From contig NIVC01000126.1 in NCBI GenBank assembly GCA_002269645.1, positions 868,001 to 932,000 of the forward strand: a stretch of DNA of 64,000 nucleotides. Direction: 5' to 3'. How positions within the stretch are numbered: position 1 is the first letter of the stretch; the number at the start of each line of letters is the position of its first letter. The DNA comes from Macrostomum lignano. Lineage: Eukaryota. A model generated the notes under the pieces. The model saw nothing but the letters and a program-made list of their open reading frames with translations. It ran no database searches and was not told the DNA's origin. The translations under genes were made by a program, and so were the position numbers. Below, one piece after another: positions 14,301 through 28,437 of this stretch.

Positions 14301-17042
14301 AAAACATACTTAAAACTTGCTTGTACTAATTTATTTTAATTCCTTACATAAAAATACTAAATAAGTGAACCAAAATAAACATAAATAAAAAAGTCGTTTC
14401 GTCTGCTAAAATTCTTTGGCAGATGAAAAGGTGGCAGACGAAATGACTGCAGACCTCAATATCTTGATTAGACCTCATATCATATTGTCAGAAAATTTCA
14501 AATTTCATTTCATCTTAAAAATTCAATATTGTTTGACCTTTAGTATAAAGTATCTCAGCATACAAAACAATCTGCCAAAAAATGTGCTACAGCGCTAGTG
14601 CATAGCATAGCTGTTGGCATACACAAGACCAACATTTTGTAATGCAAGAAAGGGTTTTATAGTTGTGTATTGTTGCAATGCAAAAAGGTCCTTCATTGTT
14701 GCAATATAAAGAGTGCATTTTATTATTGCAACACCTTTTTGATAATATCTAGCATTAAGTAAATTTGTTTTTCTAGCATAAACTTGAATTTATAGTGTAG
14801 AAGGTCACTTTTTCCTATTTATCATATAATAGATTTGTGGCCATGTCAATAAATAGAGCAATATTGATATGGTTCCATGTAGATAATATAATATTCTCAT
14901 TATTGACATGGGACTATGGAAATAGGAATAAGCATTGCCTAATAAAAATTATAATATTAACATTAAATTTATCTATAAATTACAATGTAATCCTATTTAA
15001 ACTATTTCCCAAATCCTAAATTAATCCCAATTCCCAATCCATAGTCAGGATCATGGCATGCCTGCGCCAGAATGAATCTTATCAAAAAAGTTTGCTTGCA
15101 CTATGCGCCAGAATTAGTCTTATCAAAAAAGTTTTCTTGCACTATGTTTCGCAACTTTTTAAAAAATTCAAAACTCAGTAATTTTTTATTTGAAAAATAC
15201 TACTAAAACTTGTATTTGAATCTGTTTCATAGAAAATGCAATGTTAATGTAAATAAATTAAAAACCTATCAATACACTAGCAAATAAAAAGTGCTAATAA
15301 AAAGAAATTAGCCTACATGCTAATTTTCTCTCAGAGAAAATATTGTCTTGCTAGAAGTTTTTGTCTTGCACCAAATTGTGCCAATTTTTGTCTTGCACTG
15401 TACTGCACCAGATTCCCCCCCTTGCCTGCTGTTGCACTAGAATGTGCCAGCGTGGCACACATCCAACCCCTTTTGCACCGGAATTTTCCATGAAAAAGGC
15501 AATCTTTTTGACTATGCTATGGTTCCCAATTCCAAAAAAAATCCTGATCCTAGAATCTTTGTAAATAGAATATACATAGGGCCTATACACCCTGAATTTT
15601 GATATACTTCACCCTAAAATTGAAAAGTTAATTGCAGTTTACATGCAGTCTTACAACCTATTTTTTTTCTTTTTAAGCCTTATTTGCATTGTTTTAAAAT
15701 AAGAAAAAATATAAAATGCACTCTGCATTCTGAGACCTTGAAATTGGGAATACAGTGCAATCCCACACCTTGCCTCTGACAAATAACCCAGTCTTGATCC
15801 CAATCCCACCTAAAAAATTGATCCCATCCAACCCCAACTAAATTATGGCTACATAACCTCTAAGTTCTAAAGCCATTTTTAATTTGACATGTTCGTATAC
15901 AATTGGCTTAAGCCTTTGTTATTTTGTTTTGTACATACACTGGATGATTGGCTATGTGGCATAGAGCACATTTTCTAAGTAACTTTAGATTATCTTGCAC
16001 ATTGCCACTTTCATGATGATATTGATATAATGATTTAGATTATTATATTTGTAATGCAAGTTTTTTGTTAAGGTCAATGGTCAAGTCTGAATTTTAACTA
16101 ATTTTAAATGTCTTACAACCGAAATAGAAATAATGTGTGGGTTCCCCGACAGATATTCACCCGACAGATATTTTTTTCTTCGGGCAGATAATTCAAACAA
16201 AAAAATGAATTTATGTTTCGGGATACATTTCTTACTTTGACGCCATATTTGACAGCTTTAAAAATTTGTAAGCAGAATTTTTCTGACCCAAAGCAAAAAA
16301 AATTGGCATGAATGCAAAGTGTGTCAAAAGACGAATTCATTGGCACCCCTTACAAACACATTTTGGAAGCAAATATCTCGGGAAATACAAAAGGGAATCA
16401 TGTGTCTAAGATGTCATTGCAAAGCTGAGACATGCGTCAAGAAGTGATAAAAGTTTCAGAGCAAATGATTGAAGTATTGAGACGCAGCGATAAATCAAAG
16501 TTTTGGTTTATCTTGGTTGAAGATCGTTGATCAACAAAAACTTTGATTTATCGCTGCGTCTCAATGCTTCAATCATTTGCACTGAAACTTTTATCACTTC
16601 TTGACGCATGTCTCAGCTTTGTAATGACATCTTAGACACATGATTCCCTTTTGTATTTCCCGAGATATTTGCTTCCAAAATGTGTTTGTAAGGGGTGCCA
16701 ATGAATTCGTCTTTTGACACACTTTGCATTTATGCCAATTTTTTTTGCTTTGGGTCAGAAAAATTCTGCTTACAAATTTTTAAAGCTGAATATGGCGTCA
16801 GAGTAAGAAATGTATCCCGAAACATAAATTCATTTTTTGTTTGAATTATCTGCCCGAAGAAAAAAATATCTGTCGGGTGAATATCTGTCGGGGAACCCAC
16901 ACATATAGAAATAAGCAATTAAATGAATTTACAATGAAACTTCAAAAAAGATAATTGCCTTCAGTCTAAGACTAAGTCTAAGGAATTTAAATTCTTACCA
17001 CAGCTGCTTTCCATCTTCATCATCAGAGAAACCGTTCTCCAT
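8352..17042 (-). CDS. DYNC1LI1: Cytoplasmic dynein 1 light intermediate chain (DLIC), 4 exons, 514 aa
   Basis: Exons (minus): 17042-16999 (MENGFSDDEDGKQLW), 12081-11668, 10190-9784, 9031-8352. All introns are GT-AG with matching phases; total 1545 nt. Motifs: W|SKILEEV, P-loop GDIGSGKT, WVLDGD, VVVITKAD, QFDYLQYHLRMFCLKYGAALVYTS, FVPAGWDS, and the C-terminal adaptor helix GVLATFFNSLLTKK. Co-orthologous to vertebrate DYNC1LI1/2. Confidence 0.95.
9090..9720. repeat. 20-bp minisatellite (GGGATCATGATCAATATTTT)n in DLIC intron 3
   Basis: Tandem copies read directly, with degenerate edges. Confidence 0.9.
10214..11632. repeat. 23-bp G-rich minisatellite filling DLIC intron 2 (subtypes GGGGCGGTTGTGTGGCCTTTCTT, then GGGCGATTGTTGGGGTGTGGGAT / GGGCGATCACTGGGGTATGGGAC)
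   Basis: Period of 23 throughout; occupies about 95% of the 1477-bp intron. The landmark GGGGTGAGCGATTCTT recurs about 390 bp apart. Confidence 0.95.
13766..14447. mobile_element. MITE-like element with about 30-bp terminal inverted repeats
   Basis: Left end GTCATTTCGTCTGCCGCCTTTTCGTCTGCC; right end reverse complement GTCATTTCGTCTGCCACCTTTTCATCTGCC. Ends built of 15-bp subrepeats; AT-rich non-coding interior; no TSD seen. Confidence 0.65.
16133..16904. mobile_element. 772-bp foldback (Mutator-like non-autonomous) element in DLIC intron 1
   Basis: About 370-bp near-perfect inverted arms (16133-16505 and 16535-16904) around a ~30-bp spacer. Termini ATGTGTGGG…CCCACACAT. Exact 9-bp TSD ATAGAAATA at 16124-16132 and 16905-16913. 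Confidence 0.9.
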
Positions 17043-18440
17043 ATTCTTACTTTACATCTAGAAAAGATGCAACACTTGATGTAATTTATTTTTTTTTATC
17101 AGCTGCCAAGTAGGAAGAAATCTTCAATACAAAACAATGCGTTCTATAATATCGTTATGTTAAGCGCCTAATTAAAGTAACTTTTTCTAGAAACCATAAA
17201 AGTCAAATATTTTTTTGCGTCATCTTAGAATAAAACAAAATTTTATGCACATTTTTTTAAATACGTTTACTTGCAGTATGTATGCTACAATTATTTATTT
17301 TAAAACTTCTTCGACTCGGCATCCTTGATTTTTTTTGCAGAACCATGCGATGGCAGAGGGCCTCGGATTATAAACTGCCGGTAAAGTCTCATTAACTTAT
17401 TATTAATACAATTATCTAATTGCCAAGACAATGAGATATTTTGTTGGCAAAGGGGATACGTCGATTATTAAATAACTTAAGCGATTAGAGGTGCGTACCT
17501 GCTTGTCAAAGTTAATGCATGAATTAAGCATTTATTTCGGGATTTCAAATTTTTCTTACTGACTTTGTATTTCGATAAAATACTTTAACACAGCAACGAA
17601 ACCCAGTGTCATTATTCACTCCATGTATCAGTGAGCATGATAATTATTAATATAACCATTTCCAATTTGTATAATAAATAATGAGAAAGCGTATGAACAT
17701 GTAATAGCTAGATGTACACTACAAGGTCATAAATATTAACAGCTTTAGAGGGCGAGACTAGGTAGAGGTTAAAATTTGGGTTGCGACAACACGTGTGCGT
17801 TTTTGTGTGGTTATACATAGGCAACATAACGCTCTTTATAAAGCAATATTATCGACCATGCAAACGTGCAATAGAAAATACTGCGCGTCCATATCTAAAG
17901 CAAACTCCCGGCTGCTCAGTGCGGACGCAAATAACGCGTGGGATTAAAAAATGTCAGGCAATTAAAAATAAAGAACAAAATGAAAAATTTCAAGCCGCAC
18001 TCAGGATAAATTAGGAAAGGTGCCACAAACACAGTACAGGCTAACGAAATCTATGTGCTTCTGAAACAGCTTTGGCTATGCGTCTAAACGGATTATCTGA
18101 AAAACAAATTGTTAGTTGAAAGTGCATTCAAGTGCTGTGTTACTCATCCAATACAAAACGGCGCAAATGAAAATAAAATATTATTATTCTTATCATAACA
18201 TCAATTCCAGCCAAGGACTAAATTGAGTATACAAATTTACAACGAAACTTTAAAATAAATGATTTGTTAAGTCCTGGGCACACAAAGTAATAATCTAGAA
18301 TCTGTGTGTAAGATTACTTGAGGGTCCGACTCTAAATACATGTACAATAAATTGGTGGAAAAATGAGACCGACTGTCTTCAGATTCGGGGCTGGAAAATA
18401 AGCAAAAAATGATGTTGCTAGTAGAAACTTTGGTAAGAAA

Positions 18441-21400
18441 CAGGGGCGATTCTTCACTGAGGATCAGGGGCGATTCTTCACTGAGGATCAGGGACGATTC
18501 TTCACTGAGGATCAGGGACGATTCCTCACTGAGGATCAGGGGCGATTCTTCACTGAGGATCAGGGGCGATTCTTCACTGAGGATCAGGGGCGATTCTTCA
18601 CTGAGGATCAGGGGCGATTCTTCACTGAGGATCAGGGGCGATTCCTAAATGAGGATCAGGGGCGATTCTTCACTGAGGATCAGGGACGATTCTTCACTGA
18701 GGATCAGGGACGAATCCTCACTGAGGATCAGGGGCGATTCTTCACTGAGGATCAGGGGCGATTCTTCACTGAGGATCAGGGGCGATTCTTCACTGAGGAT
18801 CAGGGGCGATTCCTAAATGAGGATCAGGGGCGATTCCTCACTGAGGATCAGGGGCGATTCTTCACTGAGGATCAGGGGCGATTCCTAAATGAGGATCAGG
18901 GGCGATTCCTCACTGAGGATCAGGGGCGATTCCTCACTGAGGATCAGGGCCGATTCTTCACTGAGGATCAGGGCCGATTCTTCACTGAGGATCAGGGGCG
19001 ATTCTTCACTGAGGATCAGGGGCGATTCCTAAATGAGGATCAGGGGCGATTCCTCACTGAGGATCAGGGCCGATTCTTCACTGAGGATCAGGGCCGATTC
19101 TTCACTGAGGATCAGGGGCGATTCTTCACTGAGGATCAGGGGCGATTCTTCACTGAGGATCAGGGGCGATTCCTAAATGAGGATCAGGGGCGATTCCTCA
19201 CTGAGGATCAGGGCCGATTCTTCACTGAGGATCAGGGCCGATTCTTCACTGAGGATCAGGGGCGATTCTTCACTGAGCATCATGGCCGATTCTTCACTGA
19301 GGATCAGGGGCGATTCCTCACTGAGGATCAGGGCCGATTCTTCACTGAGGATCAGGGGCGATTCCTCACTGAGGATCAGGGGCGATTCTTCACTGAGGAT
19401 CAGGGGCGATTCTTCACTGAGGATCATATGCGATAATTCACTGAGGATCAGGGGCGATTCCTCACTGAGGATCAGGGCTGATTCGTCACTGAGGATCAGG
19501 GCCGATTCTTCACTGAGGATCAGGGGCGATTCTTCACTGAGGATCAGGGCGATTCTTCACTGAGGATCAGGGGCGATTCTTCACTGAGGATCAGGGGCGA
19601 TTCTTCACTGAGGATCAGGGGCGATTCTTCACTGAGGATCAGGGGCGATTCTTCACTGAGGATCAGGGGCGATTCTTCACTGAGGATCAGGGGCGATTCT
19701 TCACTGAGGATCAGGGGCGATTCTTCACTGAGGATCAGGGGCGATTCTTCACTGAGGATCAGGGGCGATTCCTAAATGAGGATCAGGGGCGATTCCTCAC
19801 TGAGGATCAGGGGCGATTCTTCACTGAGGATCAGGGGCGATTCCTAAATGAGGATCAGGGACGATTCCTCACTGAGGATCAGGGGCGATTCTTCACTGAG
19901 GATCAGGGGCGATTCTTCACTGAGGATCAGGGGCGATTCTTCACTGAGGATCAGGGGCGATTCCTAAATGAGGATCAGGGGCGATTCCTCACTGAGGATC
20001 AGGGGCGATTCTTCACTGAGGATCAGGGGCGATTCCTAAATGAGGATCAGGGGCGATTCCTAAATGAGGATCAGGGGCGATTCCTCACTGAGGATCAGGG
20101 CCGATTCTTCACTGAGGATCAGGGCCGATTCTTCACTGAGGATCAGGGGCGATTCTTCACTGAGGATCAGGGGCGATTCCTAAATGAGGATCAGGGGCGA
20201 TTCCTCACTGAGGATCAGGGCCGATTCTTCACTGAGGATCAGGGCCGATTCTTCACTGAGGATCAGGGGCGATTCTTCACTGAGGATCAGGGGCGATTCC
20301 TAAATGAGGATCAGGGGCGATTCCTCACTGAGGATCAGGGGCGATTCCTCACTGAGGATCAGGGCCGATTCTTCACTGAGGATCAGGGCCGATTCTTCAC
20401 TGAGGATCAGGGGCGATTCTTCACTGAGCATCATGGCCGATTCTTCACTGAGGATCAGGGGCGATTCCTCACTGAGGATCAGGGCCGATTCTTCACTGAG
20501 GATCAGGGGCGATTCCTCACTGAGGATCAGGGGCGATTCTTCACTGAGGATCAGGGGCGATTCTTCACTGAGGATCATATGCGATAATTCACTGAGGATC
20601 AGGGGCGATTCCTCACTGAGGATCAGGGCCGATTCTTCACTGAGGATCAGGGGCGATTCCTCACTGAGGATCAGGGGCGATTCTTCACTGAGGATCAGGG
20701 GCGATTCTTCACTGAGGATCATATGCGATAATTCACTGAGGATCAGGGGCGATTCCTCACTGAGGATCAGGGCTGATTCGTCACTGAGGATCAGGGCCGA
20801 TTCTTCACTGAGGATCAGGGGCGATTCTTCACTGAGGATCAGGGGCGATTCTTCACTGAGGATCAGGGGCGATTCTTCACTGAGGATCAGGGGCGATTCT
20901 TCACTGAGGATCAGGGGCGATTCTTCACTGAGGATCAGGGGCGATTCTTCACTGAGGATCAGGGGCGATTCTTCACTGAGGATCAGGGGCGATTCTTCAC
21001 TGAGGATCAGGGGCGATTCTTCACTGAGGATCAGGGGCGATTCTTCACTGAGGATCAGGGGCGATTCCTAAATGAGGATCAGGGGCGATTCCTCACTGAG
21101 GATCAGGGGCGATTCTTCACTGAGGATCAGGGGCGATTCCTAAATGAGGATCAGGGACGATTCCTCACTGAGGATCAGGGGCGATTCTTCACTGAGGATC
21201 AGGGGCGATTCTTCACTGAGGATCAGGGGCGATTCCTAAATGAGGATCAGGGGCGATTCCTCACTGAGGATCAGGGGCGATTCTTCACTGAGGATCAGGG
21301 GCGATTCCTAAATGAGGATCAGGGGCGATTCCTCACTGAGGATCAGGGGCGATTCCTCACTGAGGATCAGGGCCGATTCTTCACTGAGGATCAGGGCGAT

Positions 21401-24400
21401 TCTTCACTGAGGATCAGGGGCGATTCTTCACTGAGGATCAGGGGCGATTCCTAAATGAGGATCAGGGGCGATTCCTCACTGAGGATCAGGGCCGATTCTT
21501 CACTGAGGATCAGGGCCGATTCTTCACTGAGGATCAGGGGCGATTCTTCACTGAGGATCAGGGGCGATTCCTAAATGAGGATCAGGGGCGATTCCTCACT
21601 GAGGATCAGGGGCGATTCCTCACTGAGGATCAGGGCCGATTCTTCACTGAGGATCAGGGCCGATTCTTCACTGAGGATCAGGGGCGATTCTTCACTGAGC
21701 ATCATGGCGATTCTTCACTGAGGATCAGGGGCGATTCCTCACTGAGGATCAGGGCCGATTCTTCACTGAGGATCAGGGGCGATTCCTCACTGAGGATCAG
21801 GGGCGATTCTTCACTGAGGATCAGGGGCGATTCTTCACTGAGGATCATATGCGATAATTCACTGAGGATCAGGGGCGATTCCTCACTGAGGATCAGGGCT
21901 GATTCGTCACTGAGGATCAGGGCCGATTCTTCACTGAGGATCAGGGGCGATTCTTCACTGAGGATCATATGCGATAATTCACTGAGGATCAGGGGCGATT
22001 CTTCACTGAGGATCAGGGCCGATTCCTCACTGAGGATCAGGGCTGATTCGTCACTGAGGATCAGGGCCGATTCTTCACTGAGGATCAGGGGCGATTCCTC
22101 ACTGAGGATCAGGGCCGATTCTTCACTGAGGATCAGGGGCGATTCCTCACTGAGGATCAGGGGCGATTCCTCACTGAGGATCAGGGGCGATTCCTCACTG
22201 AGGATCAGGGGCGATTCCTCACTGAGGATCAGGGCCGATTCTTCACTGAGGATCAGGGGCGATTCCTCACTGAGGATCAGGGGCGATTCTTCCCTGAGGA
22301 TTAGGGGCGATTCTTCACTGAGGGTCAGGGCCGATTCTTCACTGAGGATCAGGGGCGATTCTTCACTGAGGATCATATGCGATTCTTCACTGAGGGTCAT
22401 ATGCGATTCTTCACTGAGGATCAGGGCCGATTCTTCACTGAGGATCAGGGGCGATTCTTCACTGAGGATCAGGGGCGATTCTTCACTGAGGATCAGGGGC
22501 GATTCTTCACTGAGGATCAGGGGCGATTCTTCACTGAGGATCAGGGGCGATTCCTAAATGAGGATCAGGGGCGATTCCTCACTGAGGATCAGGGGCGATT
22601 CTTCACTGAGGATCAGGGGCGATTCCTAAATGAGGATCAGGGGCGATTCCTCACTGAGGATCAGGGGCGATTCTTCACTGAGGATCAGGGGCGATTCTTC
22701 ACTGAGGATCAGGGGCGATTCTTCACTGAGGATCAGGGGCGATTCCTAAATGAGGATCAGGGGCGATTCCTCACTGAGGATCAGGCGCGATTCTTCACTG
22801 AGGATCAGGGGCGATTCCTAAATGAGGATCAGGGGCGATTCCTAAATGAGGATCAGGGGCGATTCCTCACTGAGGATCAGGGCGATTCTTCACTGAGGAT
22901 CAGGGCGATTCTTCACTGAGGATCAGGGGCGATTCTTCACTGAGGATCAGGGGCGATTCCTAAATGAGGATCAGGGGCGATTCCTCACTGAGGATCAGGG
23001 CGATTCTTCACTGAGGATCAGGGCCGATTCTTCACTGAGGATCAGGGGCGATTCTTCACTGAGGATCAGGGGCGATTCCTAAATGAGGATCAGGGGCGAT
23101 TCCTCACTGAGGATCAGGGGCGATTCCTCACTGAGGATCAGGGCCGATTCTTCACTGAGGATCAGGGCCGATTCTTCACTGAGGATCAGGGGCGATTCTT
23201 CACTGAGGATCAGGCGATTCTTCACTGAGGATCAGGGGCGATTCCTCACTGAGGATCAGGGCGATTCTTCACTGAGGATCAGGGGCGATTCTCACTGAGG
23301 ATCAGGGGCGATTCTTCACTGAGGATCAGGGGCGATTCTTCACTGAGGATCATATGCGATTTCACTGAGGATCAGGGGCGATTCCTCACTGAGGATCAGG
23401 GCGATTCTTCACTGAGGATCAGGGGCGATTCCTCACTGAGGATCAGGGGCGATTCTTCACTGAGGATCAGGGGCGATTCTTCACTGAGGATCATATGCGA
23501 TAATTCACTGAGGATCAGGGGCGATTCCTCACTGAGGATCAGGGCGATTCTTCACTGAGGATCAGGGCGATTCTTCACTGAGGATCAGGGGCGATTCTTC
23601 ACTGAGGATCAGGGGCGATTCTTCACTGAGGATCAGGGGCGATTCTTCACTGAGGATCAGGGGCGATTCTTCACTGAGGATCAGGGGCGATTCTTCACTG
23701 AGGATCAGGGGCGATTCTTCACTGAGGATCAGGGGCGATTCTTCACTGAGGATCAGGGGCGATTCTTCACTGAGGATCAGGGGCGATTCTTCACTGAGGA
23801 TCAGGGGCGATTCTTCACTGAGGATCAGGGGCGATTCCTAAATGAGGATCAGGGGCGATTCCTCACTGAGGATCAGGGGCGATTCTTCACTGAGGATCAG
23901 GGGCGATTCCTAAATGAGGATCAGGGGCGATTCCTCACTGAGGATCAGGGGCGATTCTTCACTGAGGATCAGGGGCGATTCTTCACTGAGGATCAGGGGC
24001 GATTCCTAAATGAGGATCAGGGGCGATTCCTCACTGAGGATCAGGGGCGATTCTTCACTGAGGATCAGGGGCGATTCCTAAATGAGGATCAGGGGCGATT
24101 CCTCACTGAGGATCAGGGGCGATTCCTCACTGAGGATCAGGGCGATTCTTCACTGAGGATCAGGGCGATTCTTCACTGAGGATCAGGGGCGATTCTTCAC
24201 TGAGGATCAGGGGCGATTCCTAAATGAGGATCAGGGGCGATTCCTCACTGAGGATCAGGGCCGATTCTTCACTGAGGATCAGGGCGATTCTTCACTGAGG
24301 ATCAGGGGCGATTCTTCACTGAGGATCAGGGGCGATTCCTAAATGAGGATCAGGGGCGATTCCTCACTGAGGATCAGGGGCGATTCCTCACTGAGGATCA

Positions 24401-27400
24401 GGGCCGATTCTTCACTGAGGATCAGGGCCGATTCTTCACTGAGGATCAGGGGCGATTCTTCACTGAGGATCAGGCCGATTCTTCACTGAGGATCAGGGGC
24501 GATTCCTCACTGAGGATCAGGGCGATTCTTCACTGAGGATCAGGGGCGATTCTCACTGAGGATCAGGGGCGATTCTTCACTGAGGATCAGGGGCGATTCT
24601 TCACTGAGGATCATATGCGATTTCACTGAGGATCAGGGGCGATTCTCACTGAGGATCAGGGCGATTCGTCACTGAGGATCAGGGCCGATTCTTCACTGAG
24701 GATCAGGGGCGATTCTTCACTGAGGATCATATGCGATTCACTGAGGATCAGGGGCGATTCTTCACTGAGGATCAGGGCGATTCCTCACTGAGGATCAGGG
24801 CGATTCGTCACTGAGGATCAGGGCGATTCTTCACTGAGGATCAGGGGCGATTCTCACTGAGGATCAGGGCGATTCTTCACTGAGGATCAGGGGCGATTCC
24901 TCACTGAGGATCAGGGGCGATTCCTCACTGAGGATCAGGGCGATTCTCACTGAGGATCAGGGGCGATTCCTCACTGAGGATCAGGGCGATTCTTCACTGA
25001 GGATCAGGGGCGATTCCTCACTGAGGATCAGGGGCGATTCTTCCCTGAGGATTAGGGGCGATTCTTCACTGAGGGTCAGGGGCGATTCTTCACTGAGGAT
25101 CAGGGGCGATTCTTCACTGAGGATCAGCGATTCTTCACTGAGGATCAGCGATTCTTCACTGAGGATCAGGGCGATTCTTCACTGAGGATCAGGGGCGATT
25201 CTTCACTGAGGATCAGGGCGATTCTTCACTGAGGATCAGGGGCGATTCTCACTGAGGATCAGGGCGATTCTTCACTGAGGATCAGGGGCGATTCTTCACT
25301 GAGGATCAGGGGCGATTCTTCACTGAGGATCAGGGCAGATTCTTCACTGAGGATCAGGGGCGATTCTTCACTGAGGATCAGGGGCGATTCCTCACTGAGG
25401 ATCAGGGGCGATTCTTCACTGAGGATCAGGGGCGATTCTTCACTGAGGATCAGGGGCGATTCTTCACTGAGGATCAGGGGCGATTCCTAAATGAGGATCA
25501 GGGGCGATTCCTCACTGAGGATCAGGGGCGATTCTTCACTGAGGATCAGGGGCGATTCCTACTGAGGATCAGGGGCGATTCCTCACTGAGGATCAGGGGC
25601 GATTCTCACTGAGGATCAGGGCGATTCTTCACTGAGGATCAGGGCGATTCTTCACTGAGGATCAGGGGCGATTCTTCACTGAGGATCAGGGGCGATTCCT
25701 AAATGAGGATCAGGGGCGATTCCTCACTGAGGATCAGGGCGATTCTTCACTGAGGATCAGGGCCGATTCTTCACTGAGGATCAGGGGCGATTCTTCACTG
25801 AGGATCAGGGGCGATTCCTACTGAGGATCAGGGGCGATTCCTCACTGAGGATCAGGGGCGATTCTCACTGAGGATCAGGGCCGATTCTTCACTGAGGATC
25901 AGGGCCGATTCTTCACTGAGGATCAGGGGCGATTCTTCACTGAGGATCAGGGGCGATTCTTCACTGAGGATCAGGGGCGATTCTCACTGAGGATCAGGGG
26001 CGATTCTTCACTGAGGATCAGGGGCGATTCTTCACTGAGGATCAGGGGCGATTCTTCACTGAGGATCAGGGGCGATTCTCACTGAGGATCAGGGCGATTC
26101 TCACTGAGGATCAGGGCGATTCTCACTGAGGATCAGGGCGATTCTTCACTGAGGATCAGGGGCGATTCTTCACTGAGGATCAGGGGCGATTCTTCACTGA
26201 GGATCAGGGGCGATTCTTCACTGAGGATCAGGGGCGATTCTTCACTGAGGATCAGGGGCGATTCTTCACTGAGGATCAGGGGCGATTCTTCACTGAGGAT
26301 CAGGGGCGATTCTTCACTGAGGATCAGGGGCGATTCTTCACTGAGGATCAGGGGCGATTCTTCACTGAGGATCAGGGGCGATTCTTCACTGAGGATCAGG
26401 GGCGATTCTTCACTGAGGATCAGGGGCGATTCTTCACTGAGGATCAGGGGCGATTCCTAAATGAGGATCAGGGGCGATTCCTCACTGAGGATCAGGGGCG
26501 ATTCTTCACTGAGGATCAGGGGCGATTCTTCACTGAGGATCAGGGGCGATTCCTCACTGAGGATCAGGGGCGATTCTTCACTGAGGATCAGGGGCGATTC
26601 TTCACTGAGGATCAGGGGCGATTCCTACTGAGGATCAGGGGCGATTCCTCACTGAGGATCAGGGGCGATTCTTCACTGAGGATCAGGGGCGATTCCTACT
26701 GAGGATCAGGGGCGATTCTTCACTGAGGATCAGGGGCGATTCCTTCACTGAGGATCAGGGGCGATTCTTCACTGAGGATCAGGGGCGATTCTTCACTGAG
26801 GATCAGGGGCGATTCTTCACTGAGGATCAGGGGCGATTCTTCACTGAGGATCAGGGGCGATTCCTTCACTGAGGATCAGGGGCGATTCTTCACTGAGGAT
26901 CAGGGGCGATTCCTTCACTGAGGATCAGGGGCGATTCTTCACTGAGGATCAGGGGCGATTCCACTGAGGATCAGGGGCGATTCTTCACTGAGGATCAGGG
27001 GCGATTCTTCACTGAGGATCAGGGCGATTCTTCACTGAGGATCAGGGCGATTCTTCACTGAGGATCAGGGGCGATTCTTCACTGAGGATCAGGGGCGATT
27101 CTTCACTGAGGATCAGGGGCGATTCCTCACTGAGGATCAGGGGCGATTCTCACTGAGGATCAGGGGCGATTCTTCACTGAGGATCAGGGCGATTCTCACT
27201 GAGGATCAGGGGCGATTCTCACTGAGGATCAGGGCGATTCTCACTGAGGATCAGGGCGATTCTTCACTGAGGATCAGGGGCGATTCTTCACTGAGGATCA
27301 GGGCCGATTCTTCACTGAGGATCAGGGGCGATTCTTCACTGAGGATCAGGGCCGATTCTTCACTGAGGATCAGGGGCGATTCTTCACTGAGGATCAGGGG

Positions 27401-28437
27401 CGATTCTTCACTGAGGATCAGGGGCGATTCCTCACTGAGGATCAGGGGCGATTCCTCACTGAGGATCAGGGGCGATTCCTCACTGAGGATCAGGGGCGAT
27501 TCCTCACTGAGGATCAGGGGCGATTCCTCACTGAGGATCAGGGGCGATTCTCACTGAGGATCAGGGGCGATTCTTCACTGAGGATCAGGGGCGATTCTTC
27601 ACTGAGGATCAGGGGCGATTCTTCACTGAGGATCAGGGGCGATTCTTCACTGAGGATCAGGGCGATTCTTCACTGAGGATCAGGGGCGATTCTTCACTGA
27701 GGATCAGGGCGATTCTTCACTGAGGATCAGGGCGATTCTTCACTGAGGATCAGGGCGATTCTTCACTGAGGATCAGGGCGATTCTTCACTGAGGATCAGG
27801 GCGATTCTTCACTGAGGATCAGGGGCGATTCTTCACTGAGGATCAGGGCGATTCTTCACTGAGGATCAGGGGCGATTCTTCACTGAGGATCAGGGGCGAT
27901 TCTTCACTGAGGATCAGGGCGATTCTTCACTGAGGATCAGGGCGATTCCTCACTGAGGATCAGGGGCGATTCCTCACTGAGGATCAGGGGCGATTCTTCA
28001 CTGAGGATCAGGGCCGATTCCTCACTGAGGATCAGGGCCGATTCCTCACTGAGGATCAGGGGCGATTCTTCACTGAGGATCAGGGGCGATTCTTCACTGA
28101 GGATCAGGGCGATTCTTCACTGAGGATCAGGGGCGATTCTTCACTGAGGATCAGGGGCGATTCTTCACTGAGGATCAGGGGCGATTCTTCACTGAGGATC
28201 AGGGCGATTCTCACTGAGGATCAGGGGCGATTCCTCACTGAGGATCAGGGGCGATTCTTCACTGAGGATCAGGGGCGATTCTTCACTGAGGATCAGGGGC
28301 GATTCCTCACTGAGGATCAGGGGCGATTCCTCACTGAGGATCAGGGGCGATTCTTCACTGAGGATCAGTGAGGATCAGGGGCGATTCCTCAGAGGATCAG
28401 GGCCGATTCTTCACTGAGGAACAGGGACGATTCTCAG
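18441..28437. repeat. 10-kb satellite of 24-bp units (CAGGGGCGATTCTTCACTGAGGAT)n, about 415 copies
   Basis: Continuous tandem array with recurring variants (CCTAAAT, GGGCCGAT, CATATGCGATAATT, GAGCATCATGG). Single-base deletions become frequent after about 23200. Confidence 0.98.

Noticed and set aside
18441-28437. CRISPR-like appearance of regular short repeats, here and in other arrays
   Set aside because: Units are head-to-tail with no unique spacers, there are no cas genes, and the context is eukaryotic.
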